Positions 18,598 through 28,082 of a DNA stretch of 64,000 nt are shown here, piece by piece (positions within the stretch are counted from its first letter, which is position 1; each line of letters begins with the position of its first letter). The notes below the pieces were generated by a model. It was given only the letters and a program-made list of their open reading frames with translations. It had not been told where the DNA came from and did no database searches. Position numbers and translations under genes: made by a program. This stretch comes from Bdellovibrionaceae bacterium UBA6776 (GTDB lineage: Bacteria > Bdellovibrionota > Bdellovibrionia > Bdellovibrionales > UBA1609): assembly GCA_002453155.1 (NCBI GenBank), contig DKGG01000011.1, forward strand, positions 32,190-96,189, in the 5' to 3' direction.

Positions 18598-19004
18598 AAA
18601 ACCTCAGAGGAATTAAGGTGATTGGAGTCGTAAATTTGGTAGCAGCTCTTGTCCACCTCCTGTTTTGGGCGTTGGCCCTGTCTCAATTGGTGCCAATCCT
18701 TCAAAGTCCTATGGAGTCCGCTTTGGCAACGACCATGGGAATTGGAGTTGCTGATCTTCTTATTTCGGTGCCCTTATTGTTGATAGGATCACTGGGTTTA
18801 ATGAAAGGAAGGACTCTTGGGTGGATGTCAGCACAAATGGCCCATGTTCTTTATTTTTATTCGATGACTTTTGTAAGTGTGAGGGATTTTTTGGTGGGTG
18901 AATTTTCACCGGGAACCTTTGTCTTTTTGCCCTTCATGCTCTTTGCGGTTTGGGCCACCCTCTATCTTTGGAAGAAAAGATTCTATTTTTTCACTGTGTC
19001 TTGA
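18594..19004 (+). CDS. Integral membrane protein, hypothetical
   Basis: Four hydrophobic helices; I chose the ATG at 18594. Confidence 0.55.
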   Translation: MKNLRGIKVIGVVNLVAALVHLLFWALALSQLVPILQSPMESALATTMGIGVADLLISVPLLLIGSLGLMKGRTLGWMSAQMAHVLYFYSMTFVSVRDFLVGEFSPGTFVFLPFMLFAVWATLYLWKKRFYFFTVS

Positions 19005-19034
19005 TTTTAAGGCATTTCTTATAACAATGGACCT

Positions 19035-20384
19035 ATGAAAATTTCGAATCCCTCGTTTTCACTGGCAAACATCATTGGAGAAACTCAAGAGCTGATTCGC
19101 CGTCAGCTTTGGGCAAAGATCATTTTATTTCTGATTTTAGGGGTGGCCACCGGATTTGTGCTGAGTCCCGAGATGGGTTGGGTCTCGTCAAAAATTTCAG
19201 GTGTGATTTCCGATTGGTTGGCCCTGCCCGGTCGGATCTTCTTGATTCTTATGCAAATGATCATTCTGCCCTTGGTTTTGACCTCTGTGATTCTTGGAGT
19301 GGTAAATTCAGAATCCATAGATTCTTTAAAAAGAATTGCCCTTCGACTTTTTCCGTATTTTGTCGCAACCACAGCCACCGCAATTGTCATCGGATTTGTA
19401 GCAGCTCAAACCATTGCTCCGGGGCACTACATGGATCGAAGTAAGTTCCAACAGACTGCGGAGACACAAGTGGAAACCTCATCCATTGATGGGATTTCTC
19501 AAAGTCGGTCTGTGACCGAATCCATCACGTCGGTCCTTCCAAAAAATCCATTGGGCTCCATGTTGGAGGGGAATCTCTTTCAAATCGTTCTATTTTCGCT
19601 TCTTATTGGAATTGCACTGTTAAGCCTTCCAAAAGATCAGGCAGAGCCCTTGGTTGTACTCTTACAGTCGGTTCAAAGACTGACCATGACCATTGTCAAC
19701 TGGGCCATGTATTTGGCTCCAGTTGCAGTGTTCGGGTTGATGGCAGAACTTTTGTCACAGGTGGGGTTTGAGGCCCTCAGGGGGATCGGTGCTTATGCCT
19801 TTACCGTGGTTGTTGCACTGATTGGGATTCTTCTTTTTTATATGTTGCTTATTTTTTTTGGTGCTCGTAGAAATCCGTTTCAATTTTTAAAATCAGCCCG
19901 AGCGGTTCAACTGTTGGCGTTTTCAACCTCCAGCTCAGCAGCGGTGATGCCGCTCACGATTGAAACCGCAGAAAAGGAATTGAAGGTTTCCCCAGAAATT
20001 TCAAGATTTGTAATTCCCCTTGGGACGACCATCAACATGGATGGAACCGCGGCTTACCAGGGAGTGGCGGCCTGTTTTATCGCTCAGGTTTATGGAATGG
20101 ATTTGTCGATGGGTCAGATTGCACTGATCGTGGTGTCTGCGACAGGAGCGTCCATTGGGGCTCCTGGAACTCCCGGAGTGGGAATTGCGATCTTGGCAAG
20201 TCTTCTCAAGGGCATTGGTGTTCCCAGTGAAGGAGTGCTTTTGATCATAGGAATTGATCGACTGTTAGATATGTGTCGAACGGTTGTGAACGTGACCGGC
20301 GATTTGACCGCAAGTGTGTTTTTTAATCGACTTATTGGGCCTATCGATGACTCTGATTTTTCTAAAGCTAAAAAAAATTTATAG
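19035..20384 (+). CDS. Dicarboxylate/amino acid:cation symporter (DAACS/SLC1 family)
   Basis: Family-typical segments SSSAAVMPLT, NMDGTA, and VNVTGD near the C-terminus. Confidence 0.9.
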   Translation: MKISNPSFSLANIIGETQELIRRQLWAKIILFLILGVATGFVLSPEMGWVSSKISGVISDWLALPGRIFLILMQMIILPLVLTSVILGVVNSESIDSLKRIALRLFPYFVATTATAIVIGFVAAQTIAPGHYMDRSKFQQTAETQVETSSIDGISQSRSVTESITSVLPKNPLGSMLEGNLFQIVLFSLLIGIALLSLPKDQAEPLVVLLQSVQRLTMTIVNWAMYLAPVAVFGLMAELLSQVGFEALRGIGAYAFTVVVALIGILLFYMLLIFFGARRNPFQFLKSARAVQLLAFSTSSSAAVMPLTIETAEKELKVSPEISRFVIPLGTTINMDGTAAYQGVAACFIAQVYGMDLSMGQIALIVVSATGASIGAPGTPGVGIAILASLLKGIGVPSEGVLLIIGIDRLLDMCRTVVNVTGDLTASVFFNRLIGPIDDSDFSKAKKNL

Positions 20385-20388
20385 AATA

Positions 20389-23079
20389 CTAGGGATCGAG
20401 AAGTCCAATGACTCTCTGATTGAAATCCGAAAAAAAGATTCGATTTCCCCATCCGGTAATTCCAGTGGGGTAGTATAAGGATTTTGGAGTCATTTCTCCA
20501 TTATTTGGTATATTTTTATTGTACTGTGAAGTTCCAATCCTTCTGTCAACATCTTGGCCATTTGCAGTTGGTATAGAATCGAATATACTCAACCGATGGA
20601 AGCTGAGGCTCGCAATATAAAGACGTCCGTCTTTAGAGATGTACATGCTCATGGGACTACCTATTCCATGAGTATAAAGTCCGCCACTACGACTGGTAAA
20701 GTCAGGCTGACCAATGACGACGTCTGCGGCCTGATGATTCGTGGAAGGAATTGAATTCCATACAAGAACTCGATAGTTCAAATTGTCGGCAACCAGCAGC
20801 TTTCCTTGGTAGACTTTAACATCCTCTGGTGAATAGAGAGACTGCGAATCAGTTGGGTGGGCATTTGACGAAAAGTCAGGCTGGCCAACAACCACATCTG
20901 CGGCCTGAAAATTTCCAGTAGGAAAAGAATTCCAAATAAGCACTCTATGATTTCCCTTGTCAGAAACAAACAGACGAGAGCCATCCCAAAAAACAGCGCT
21001 TGGAGAATGTAGACTTGAAGCTGAAATTCCACCGCTGTTGGCTGTCGCCGATGTAAAACTAGATTGGCCCAACACAAGGTCAGCAGGTTGGAAGTTTGTA
21101 GTTGGGATGGAGTTCCAAATCAAAACCCGATGGTTGATTTGATCCGCAAGCAGAAGTTTGCCATCTTCGGTAACTTGAATTCCCCCGGGATTGAAAAAGC
21201 TTTTTGCATCAGGTGGTGCGCTTCCGCCTCTGGGCATGCTGCCTGTGAAATCACTTTGACCTAGAACCACTTGAGGGACGGAGCCACTTTTTAAGTGAGT
21301 CTTATCCCAAATCAAAACTCGATGTAAGAGTTCATCGCTAACCGCAAAATAGCTGCTATTAGAGCTCAAGCGAGTCACTGTTCCGAAAGAAGTTGCACTT
21401 ACCGCGGGAACATTTGGTGAACTGGAAGTGAAGTCAGGCTGGCCATAAACTTTTTGAAAATTTTCACTATTTGATGAGGGTAAACCATTATACATTACAA
21501 TACGGTGATTGGTTTGATCGGTGATAGCTAAATTTCCATTGATATTTGAGATCGAAATTGGGACGCGAAGTTTGTTGTTGGTCGTGCCCATATTAAATGA
21601 CGTTGGCAAGGTTTGAGTAAGATGAAGATTAGCGGGTTCCCCATTCCCCGTAGGGAAGGAGTTATAGATCAAGGCTCTTCGACCGCCACTATCTAGGACA
21701 GCAAGAGAGTCTGAAATGGTAGTCACATCACTTACCGACTTGAATTGGGAAAGTGATGTAGACGAAGTGCAAGATGTAAAATTCGATTTCCCCAACACCA
21801 GATCTGCTGGTGTTCCATCACCGGTTGGAATCGAGTTGTAGACTAAAACTCTGTCATTGTTGTAATCAGAAATAATAAGCTTCCCGTTATAGACGTGAAT
21901 TCCTTGTGGACCGTTCAATTGAGTTGCCGAACAGCCCGCAGAGACATTTGTTTTAGACGTTTGACCGACGACCACATCTGGAGTCGTCATTGACGAGGGA
22001 ATAGAATTCCAAATGCTAATTCTATTATAGCCAAATTCAGAAACAAGAAGCTTTCCGCCTGAAAATGCTACGTCCATCGGAAACTTGAGTCCACCCTGAT
22101 CCTTTAGTGAAAGTGATGTCGAGAATGAGTTGAAATCAGTTTGGCCAATAACAACATCTGCAGGTTGATTGTTGGTTGTTGGCAAAGAATTCCAAATGAG
22201 TACTCTATGATTTCCCTTGTCCGCAACTGCAAGCCGAGTTCCATCCGAGGCTATGCGATAGGGATCCCTTAAGGAAGAAGAATTCGGTGGAATAACTTCT
22301 AAGGACTCCGATAAATTTTTCTGACCTAAAACGAAGTCGGGTGCTACGCCCACATCGGGAGTTTTGCCTATGAATCCTAATATTCGGTTGTTCATACTAT
22401 CAACAACATAGATAAGATTTCCAACTGACAAAATATCAGCAGGATAATAGAGGCCTTTCACAAGATTTTTATTCTTATTTCGAGAAGTCTGGCCCAGCAC
22501 CATTGTTTTCAAATCTGGTTGAGCAATGACTGTTGGAAAGCTTTCACATTTAACCACGTAAGGAGAAGTTGCCTCGTTGTAGCTAACATTTATACTTATG
22601 AGATTGTCTCCGCGTTTAATCGCAACATTTGATTTTGTTCCAACAAGATAAGCGTTGGTCATAGGGATTTGAGAGAAATTCGAGTCGAGACTTGGGCAGG
22701 TTCCTGAAGACGACTTAGAGGCGAAGATCCTCAAAGAATGTCTCGTCTCAGCGGAAACGTTGAGAGTTAGTTCTTGACCATTGGCGAAAACAAAGCCCTT
22801 GTACTTGGCAAAATGTACGGTTTCTCCATTGGAAAGTTCACAAGAAAACTTATTGTCCTCAATCTTACTGCTCCTCGCGGTTGCCAGAAAGCAATTTAAC
22901 TCTGAAAACTCCTTAGGATCATCAAGAACTTCCGAATCTAGTGAGGAGTTTTTCTGAGCGGTTGTCTTGGGTAAGATGAGTGAGAGCGAAGTCTTGTCCT
23001 CTGCGCCACGGGTACATCCCGATAGGGAAGGCATCAAGGCAACAATAAAGAAAAGATGCAAAATGATACGTCCAAACAT
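20389..23079 (-). CDS. Large lipoprotein with about 12 NHL-type beta-propeller repeats
   Basis: Lipobox LSGC; twelve units of the form NHRVLIWNSIPT.N.QPADVV.GQ.DFTS. Confidence 0.85.
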   Translation of the reverse strand: MFGRIILHLFFIVALMPSLSGCTRGAEDKTSLSLILPKTTAQKNSSLDSEVLDDPKEFSELNCFLATARSSKIEDNKFSCELSNGETVHFAKYKGFVFANGQELTLNVSAETRHSLRIFASKSSSGTCPSLDSNFSQIPMTNAYLVGTKSNVAIKRGDNLISINVSYNEATSPYVVKCESFPTVIAQPDLKTMVLGQTSRNKNKNLVKGLYYPADILSVGNLIYVVDSMNNRILGFIGKTPDVGVAPDFVLGQKNLSESLEVIPPNSSSLRDPYRIASDGTRLAVADKGNHRVLIWNSLPTTNNQPADVVIGQTDFNSFSTSLSLKDQGGLKFPMDVAFSGGKLLVSEFGYNRISIWNSIPSSMTTPDVVVGQTSKTNVSAGCSATQLNGPQGIHVYNGKLIISDYNNDRVLVYNSIPTGDGTPADLVLGKSNFTSCTSSTSLSQFKSVSDVTTISDSLAVLDSGGRRALIYNSFPTGNGEPANLHLTQTLPTSFNMGTTNNKLRVPISISNINGNLAITDQTNHRIVMYNGLPSSNSENFQKVYGQPDFTSSSPNVPAVSATSFGTVTRLSSNSSYFAVSDELLHRVLIWDKTHLKSGSVPQVVLGQSDFTGSMPRGGSAPPDAKSFFNPGGIQVTEDGKLLLADQINHRVLIWNSIPTTNFQPADLVLGQSSFTSATANSGGISASSLHSPSAVFWDGSRLFVSDKGNHRVLIWNSFPTGNFQAADVVVGQPDFSSNAHPTDSQSLYSPEDVKVYQGKLLVADNLNYRVLVWNSIPSTNHQAADVVIGQPDFTSRSGGLYTHGIGSPMSMYISKDGRLYIASLSFHRLSIFDSIPTANGQDVDRRIGTSQYNKNIPNNGEMTPKSLYYPTGITGWGNRIFFSDFNQRVIGLLDP

Positions 23080-23235
23080 CTCTTTGTTATCGGTATATCT
23101 TTATGATGCCTGAAATCAAGTTCAGAAATCTTGCTTGAGGACGATTCAAATTGAGGCGATTGTCTCATATTTCTAAAATGGACCGAGACGAAGTTTGTAG
23201 ACAGTTGGGAAATTACTCATCTGAGTGAGGAATAA

Positions 23236-23742
23236 ATGATTGCATTGATTGTAGGTTCTACAGGAGCTGGAAAAACGACCTATTCTAAAAAGATTGGAGA
23301 AAGCTGGCCCGGAGTGGTCTATTCCATCGACAACTGGATGAAGAATCTTTATGGGCAAGACATGCCGAAGGATCCTCCATCAAATTGGTATTACGAAAAT
23401 CAAGAATGGTACGTCGACCGCATCGAGCGCTGCCAAAATCAAATCCGGGAATTGACCCTGGAAGGGGCTTTGAAAGGATACAATGCAATTTTAGACTTGG
23501 GCTTCACTACAAAAGATCATCGAAAGTCATTTATCGATTTTTTTTCAAAGCATGGTGTTTCAACGGAGATTCACTATTTAAATATTTCGATCGAAGAACG
23601 AAAGCGTCGTGTTCAAGAAAGAAACTCCACCAAAGGGGAAACCTTTGTAATGACCGTCGACGATACTTTGTTTGATTACATGGAAAGTATTTTTGAACCA
23701 CCCTCTGAAGACGAAGGCGCGGGAATTCGAACCATTGAGTGA
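23236..23742 (+). CDS. Small P-loop kinase-like ATPase (AAA_33/zeta-like fold)
   Basis: Walker A GSTGAGKTT at the N-terminus; 168 aa. Confidence 0.7.
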   Translation: MIALIVGSTGAGKTTYSKKIGESWPGVVYSIDNWMKNLYGQDMPKDPPSNWYYENQEWYVDRIERCQNQIRELTLEGALKGYNAILDLGFTTKDHRKSFIDFFSKHGVSTEIHYLNISIEERKRRVQERNSTKGETFVMTVDDTLFDYMESIFEPPSEDEGAGIRTIE

Positions 23743-23886
23743 ACAGCGGCGGTGGCATTGACGATTGAAAGAAATCTATTCCTTTGTCGGATTTTTGTTA
23801 GAAAAATAAGTTTTCTGAAAAATTGTATTGAAAATTAAAAAAGAATCACCGAGTATAAATTCAAGTCTATGAAAGGAGGCGTTCAA

Positions 23887-24006
23887 ATGATGAATACAAG
23901 AATCACCACTCGTACAAATGCGACGGGATCAGTGACTTTAAATGCGGACGTCTCTTTTGGAGCAGATCTTCACGATCTTTCCAACAGCATCTGTCCGATC
24001 AAATAG
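23887..24006 (+). CDS. Unannotated small ORF, 39 aa (MMNTRITTRTNATGSVTLNADVSFGADLHDLSNSICPIK)
   Basis: AGGAGG at 23874-23879, 7 nt before the ATG; not in the ORF track because it is under 60 aa; sits at the head of the ABC/DUF1854 operon. Confidence 0.45.
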   Translation: MMNTRITTRTNATGSVTLNADVSFGADLHDLSNSICPIK

Positions 24007-24149
24007 CGGATCCTCAAATAATATAAATCATTAAAATTATTAAGAAATTTCACGAAATGTGGGTTTGAATTTCGTCCTACGGATGATTTTTATTTCCACT
24101 CCTTTTTGAAATTTCATCAATCAACTCTTTTCTCAAAGGAGATTAAGTC

Positions 24150-24416
24150 ATGGCTGCGATTGCCAGAAAACAAAATACGGAAGTGCTCGAAGTCCAATCT
24201 TTAAAAAACGACGAGCTGGAAAAACTTAAAATAAGAAGCGTTTGGGTGAAGTTATGGAGTTGGAAGACTCCGGTTCAAATGCTCAAAAATTTCGTGGTTG
24301 TCTTCTTTGGAAGAGAACCACTTCTGCGAAAAACAGCGCCAGGTCAAAGAAGTGAAGAGATTAATTCTCGCACCGAACTGGCGAGACTGGATCAGTTTGG
24401 AGGACTGAAATGGTAA
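24150..24416 (+). CDS. Hypothetical 88-aa protein
   Basis: AAGGAG Shine-Dalgarno; its stop overlaps the ABC transporter start (ATGGTAA); no family recognised. Confidence 0.5.
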   Translation: MAAIARKQNTEVLEVQSLKNDELEKLKIRSVWVKLWSWKTPVQMLKNFVVVFFGREPLLRKTAPGQRSEEINSRTELARLDQFGGLKW

Positions 24417-26707
24417 TGATTAAAACAAAGCAAGAAGGCGCAGACAAGAAACCGGGTCTGACAAATTCTGCATTGATAGAAAGGTACACGGACCAAGCGT
24501 CGGAGTTGCCATCTTCTTTGAGAAAAGAGTTGAACGGTAGAGGATATGTTCTTTTGTTTGCATATGCAGACTTGAATATGAATTTTCAACTTCAAGGATC
24601 ATGGTTGATTCTTTTGGATCAAGGACTTGTTCTTGCCCATGCGAATCAAAATGAAGAGTGGAATCTCAAGCAGGTTCCACTCTCCGAGATCTCAAAGACC
24701 GAGGAAAGGCAGGCTTTAAGTTGCAACACTTTAAAGGTGCTTGGATCTGAAGGACAAATTCACTTTGTGGTGAGGTATTCCCATCGGCAATCCAGATGTA
24801 TGGCTTTGCTTCGGACTTACCTGGAAGAAATTCTTTCGGGGAAAGAGTCCACTCAAAGACTGTCCAAGGATGCGGATGAAATCTATCGCGACCAAGTTTT
24901 GATGCCGGTCAAGGAAGCTCAGGCCTCCATTACGGGAAATCAACTGTCAGTGGTTTGGAGATTATTGGGATATTTAAAACCCTTTAAAGCTCAAGTGATT
25001 CTTGGGATGGGTGCTGCGATCCTGATGACGGGCGTGAGTTTAATACCTGCGTATTTGACGGGATATATTATAGATCAAGTCATTCAACCATTTGAAGGTG
25101 GAGTGCTCCAAAAGGAGAGCGCGCTCCGATTGATGTGGTTTGCAATTGCAGGTTTGGTTTCGACGTATCTTTTTCGAGAATTCTTCGGATGGATTCGTCT
25201 TCGAACCATGTCTGTGCTGGGTGAATATGTGGCGCGCGATTTACGGGATCAGGTCTACTCCCATTTGCACAAGCTTTCCTTGAGCTTCTTTTCAAGCAAG
25301 CAAACGGGAAGTTTGATCAGTCGGGTGGGCTCGGACACCGATCGCATTTGGGACTTCGTGGCCTTTGGTGTGGTGGAAGTGACAACTTCAATCATGATGT
25401 TGGTGGGGCTTTCCTCAGTCTTGATGTACTTGGATTGGAAGTTGGGATTGGTTGTTACCCTTCCGGTGCCGGTGCTTCTTTTTGCCATTTACTGGCATGG
25501 AGAGCACATGCAGTCCCTTTTTATCCGTGCTTGGAGGAAATGGTCTGATCTGACCGACTGTTTGTCGGACACCATTCCGGGAATTCGCGTGGTGAAGGCC
25601 TTTCACAGGCAGGATTATGAGACAGAGAAGTTTCAATCGCGAAATGCCGCGGTGGTTTCGGAGTTCACACAGATTCATCAAGCATGGACCAGCTTCTGGC
25701 CGGGACTCATGCTCTCCATTCAGGTGATTGTTATCACGGTTTGGATGATTGGTGTGCCTCGAGTGATTGAAGGCAGTCTGACCGCGGGTGTGTTTGTGAG
25801 CTTCACACTGTATTTAACGATGTTCACTCAGCCCTTGGAAATCATCGGGCAAATGGCTCGAATGATCAACCGAGCGACCAGCTCGGCCCATCGGGTGTTT
25901 GAAGTTTTAGATACAGAGCCTCAGATTACGGAAATTCAGAATCCCATTGAGATTTCCAACCTCAAGGGCTGTGTGGAGTTTAAAAATGTAAGCTTTAGTT
26001 ACGATGGTGTGAGAAAGGTCATTAAAAACCTCAGCTTTTCCGTGAAGCCAGGTGAGATGATTGGATTGGTGGGGCCTTCGGGCGGAGGAAAAACCACAAT
26101 CACCAATTTGATTGCCAGGTTTTTTGAAGCGAATCAGGGCCAAATTCTGATCGATGGAATCGATGTGAAGGATTTGGATCTGGGATCTTTTCGAAAGCAA
26201 ATTGGCTTGGTGTTGCAAGAGCCATATCTGTTTCACGGAACGCTTTTGGAGAACATTCGCTATGCAAAGCCGGAGGCAACACTGGAAGAAGTCGTTGCGG
26301 CGGCTCGAGCCGCGAATGCACATGACTTTATCTGCAAGCTTCCCAATGCCTACGACACCATTGTGGGCGAAAGAGGGCAGACGCTTTCTGGCGGAGAACG
26401 TCAAAGAGTGTCCATTGCGAGAGCCATCTTGAGCAATCCACCCTTGTTGATTTTGGACGAGGCTACAAGTGCAGTCGATACGGAGACCGAGCGAAAAATC
26501 CAAGAAGCTTTGGATCGCCTGGTCTCGGGAAGAACTGTATTTGCAATTGCTCACCGTCTATCAACTTTGGCCACCGCAGATCGCATCTTTGTGATCAAGG
26601 AGGGCGAGTTGATTGAAGAGGGGCCGCATAAGGATCTGGTTCAGGTTCAAAAGGGTGTCTATAAAAATTTGGTGGATATGCAAAACCAGCTTGCATATCT
26701 ATCGTAA
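24410..26707 (+). CDS. ABC exporter (fused TMD-NBD) with a roughly 185-aa N-terminal cytosolic extension
   Basis: Six TM helices; Walker A GPSGGGKTT; signature LSGGERQR; Walker B LILDEATSAVD. Confidence 0.9.
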   Translation: MVMIKTKQEGADKKPGLTNSALIERYTDQASELPSSLRKELNGRGYVLLFAYADLNMNFQLQGSWLILLDQGLVLAHANQNEEWNLKQVPLSEISKTEERQALSCNTLKVLGSEGQIHFVVRYSHRQSRCMALLRTYLEEILSGKESTQRLSKDADEIYRDQVLMPVKEAQASITGNQLSVVWRLLGYLKPFKAQVILGMGAAILMTGVSLIPAYLTGYIIDQVIQPFEGGVLQKESALRLMWFAIAGLVSTYLFREFFGWIRLRTMSVLGEYVARDLRDQVYSHLHKLSLSFFSSKQTGSLISRVGSDTDRIWDFVAFGVVEVTTSIMMLVGLSSVLMYLDWKLGLVVTLPVPVLLFAIYWHGEHMQSLFIRAWRKWSDLTDCLSDTIPGIRVVKAFHRQDYETEKFQSRNAAVVSEFTQIHQAWTSFWPGLMLSIQVIVITVWMIGVPRVIEGSLTAGVFVSFTLYLTMFTQPLEIIGQMARMINRATSSAHRVFEVLDTEPQITEIQNPIEISNLKGCVEFKNVSFSYDGVRKVIKNLSFSVKPGEMIGLVGPSGGGKTTITNLIARFFEANQGQILIDGIDVKDLDLGSFRKQIGLVLQEPYLFHGTLLENIRYAKPEATLEEVVAAARAANAHDFICKLPNAYDTIVGERGQTLSGGERQRVSIARAILSNPPLLILDEATSAVDTETERKIQEALDRLVSGRTVFAIAHRLSTLATADRIFVIKEGELIEEGPHKDLVQVQKGVYKNLVDMQNQLAYLS

Positions 26708-26772
26708 AGGAGAGTGAACGATGCGTATTTATTTAGAACTGTAGTTAATTTTTTTAATTAAGGAGATTTCAA

Positions 26773-27246
26773 ATGAGAGAAACTTTAAAATTGAAATGGA
26801 ATGAGCAACGTTCGGAAATGTTTCTCATTCAAGGAGAAAATACGGAAGTTGCAGTGAAACTGCATCCGTGTTTTCCATGGAGATATCCAAGTTCTCATTT
26901 GAGCGTGAGAAATCACGAGGGTGAAGAGCTTGGCTATATCAAGGATATGGACGAACTTTCTGAAGATTCTCAAAATGCAGTGAAAAGGTCTTTGGCCGAA
27001 GCCCTGTTTAATTTTGAAATCTTGGATGTTTTGAAGGTGGAAGAGGATTTTGAATTGAGAAATTGGCTGGTGGTTACTTCTCAAGGAGAGCGAACCTTTC
27101 AAACCAAATTGACCGATTGGCCAAGAAGGCTTCCCTCAGGAAGTTATGTCATTCGGGATGTTCATGGGGACCTTTTTGTGATTCGCAATGCAGAGAGTCT
27201 CTCCAAATCGTCTCTAAAGAAAATGAAAGCCTTTATGGACAATTAA
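26773..27246 (+). CDS. DUF1854-family protein
   Basis: LHPCFPW..LGYI.D...L....W.V.T..GERTF......W.RRL..G.Y.I.D..GDLF.I matches my recollection of the DUF1854 pattern. Confidence 0.75.
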   Translation: MRETLKLKWNEQRSEMFLIQGENTEVAVKLHPCFPWRYPSSHLSVRNHEGEELGYIKDMDELSEDSQNAVKRSLAEALFNFEILDVLKVEEDFELRNWLVVTSQGERTFQTKLTDWPRRLPSGSYVIRDVHGDLFVIRNAESLSKSSLKKMKAFMDN

Positions 27247-27262
27247 TTTTCTTTAATCTTGG

Positions 27263-27308
27263 GAAAGCCCTCGAGTCTTAGTTAAGATTCAGAGGGCTTT
27301 CATTTTTC
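27263..27308 (+). terminator. Rho-independent terminator
   Basis: 10-bp stem GAAAGCCCTC/GAGGGCTTTC followed by ATTTTT. Confidence 0.75.
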
Positions 27309-27325
27309 GGAGATCGGGGGATGGG

Positions 27326-27979
27326 ATGAGAAAATTTTTGTCGAGTTCTTTGTTTTCGATGGCTTTTTTGAGCGCAATGAGTTTTGCGCAAGAGGTTTCC
27401 ACCAATCAGACTTCAGTTTCAAAATGTCGATTTACTTTTGTTTCGGTGGATGAAATCAAAAGCGGAAAGATCTCAGAACCTGCTCTCAAAGAACTTGGAC
27501 TTGCTGCCCATGGGGCGCTCAAAACCTCCTATAATTTTGCAAACAAGTTGGATCATTACACTTTGGGACTGGTGTCCTATATGTTGACCGGGGGGTCATA
27601 CTCTTTAGACCAAATCGAGCCTAATGAATGGGGAAAACTAAAACTCAGTGGACGCCTGGTTTATGCAGGTTCCAAATTGTTCAGTCATCAACCGATTCGG
27701 GGTGCAAAACTGATTTTTAAGGAAGATGAGAAGACTTTGGAGCTTCATACGGGTGCGCACGGAGAGTTCCAATTTTTAATGTCTGATCTGGTTCCTTACA
27801 GTCGAGTTCGCGTCATTCCGGGATTGATTTATGAAAGTGGGCGGAAATGGGTAAAGAGTTTTAAACTTCCACTGCAAGGTCATGTGAACTCAAAGATCTG
27901 CCAAGGGGACTTTAAGCTGATGGAAACTCCCATTCGACCTATTTTGTTGATTGCCACTCCTATTGACCAAGGTCTTTGA
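27326..27979 (+). CDS. Secreted hypothetical protein (possible carboxypeptidase-regulatory-like beta-sandwich)
   Basis: Signal peptide MRKFLSSSLFSMAFLSAMSFAQE. Confidence 0.6.
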   Translation: MRKFLSSSLFSMAFLSAMSFAQEVSTNQTSVSKCRFTFVSVDEIKSGKISEPALKELGLAAHGALKTSYNFANKLDHYTLGLVSYMLTGGSYSLDQIEPNEWGKLKLSGRLVYAGSKLFSHQPIRGAKLIFKEDEKTLELHTGAHGEFQFLMSDLVPYSRVRVIPGLIYESGRKWVKSFKLPLQGHVNSKICQGDFKLMETPIRPILLIATPIDQGL

Positions 27980-28082
27980 TGTCTCATTTTAGCTTAGGAC
28001 CAGCGTCCAATTGTAAAGCAAGTTTTCTAGATCGATAAGATCAATCCTTAAGTTTTGACCGCCAATTTGTCGAGTTAAAACT

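Noticed and set aside
23236-23742. Zeta-toxin-like P-loop kinase as a toxin-antitoxin or defence module
   Set aside because: No small antitoxin-like partner ORF overlaps or abuts it. It is monocistronic and divergent from the NHL gene. The fold assignment rests only on the Walker A motif and the size.
23887-26707. The small ORF as a lasso-peptide precursor (..NATG|SVTLNAD: Thr at -2, Ser1, Asp7) with the ABC gene as its exporter
   Set aside because: No lasso cyclase (Asn-synthetase-like) or leader peptidase is present. The 88-aa ORF does not resemble a PqqD-like RRE. The would-be leader is only 14 aa. The motif match is probably coincidental.
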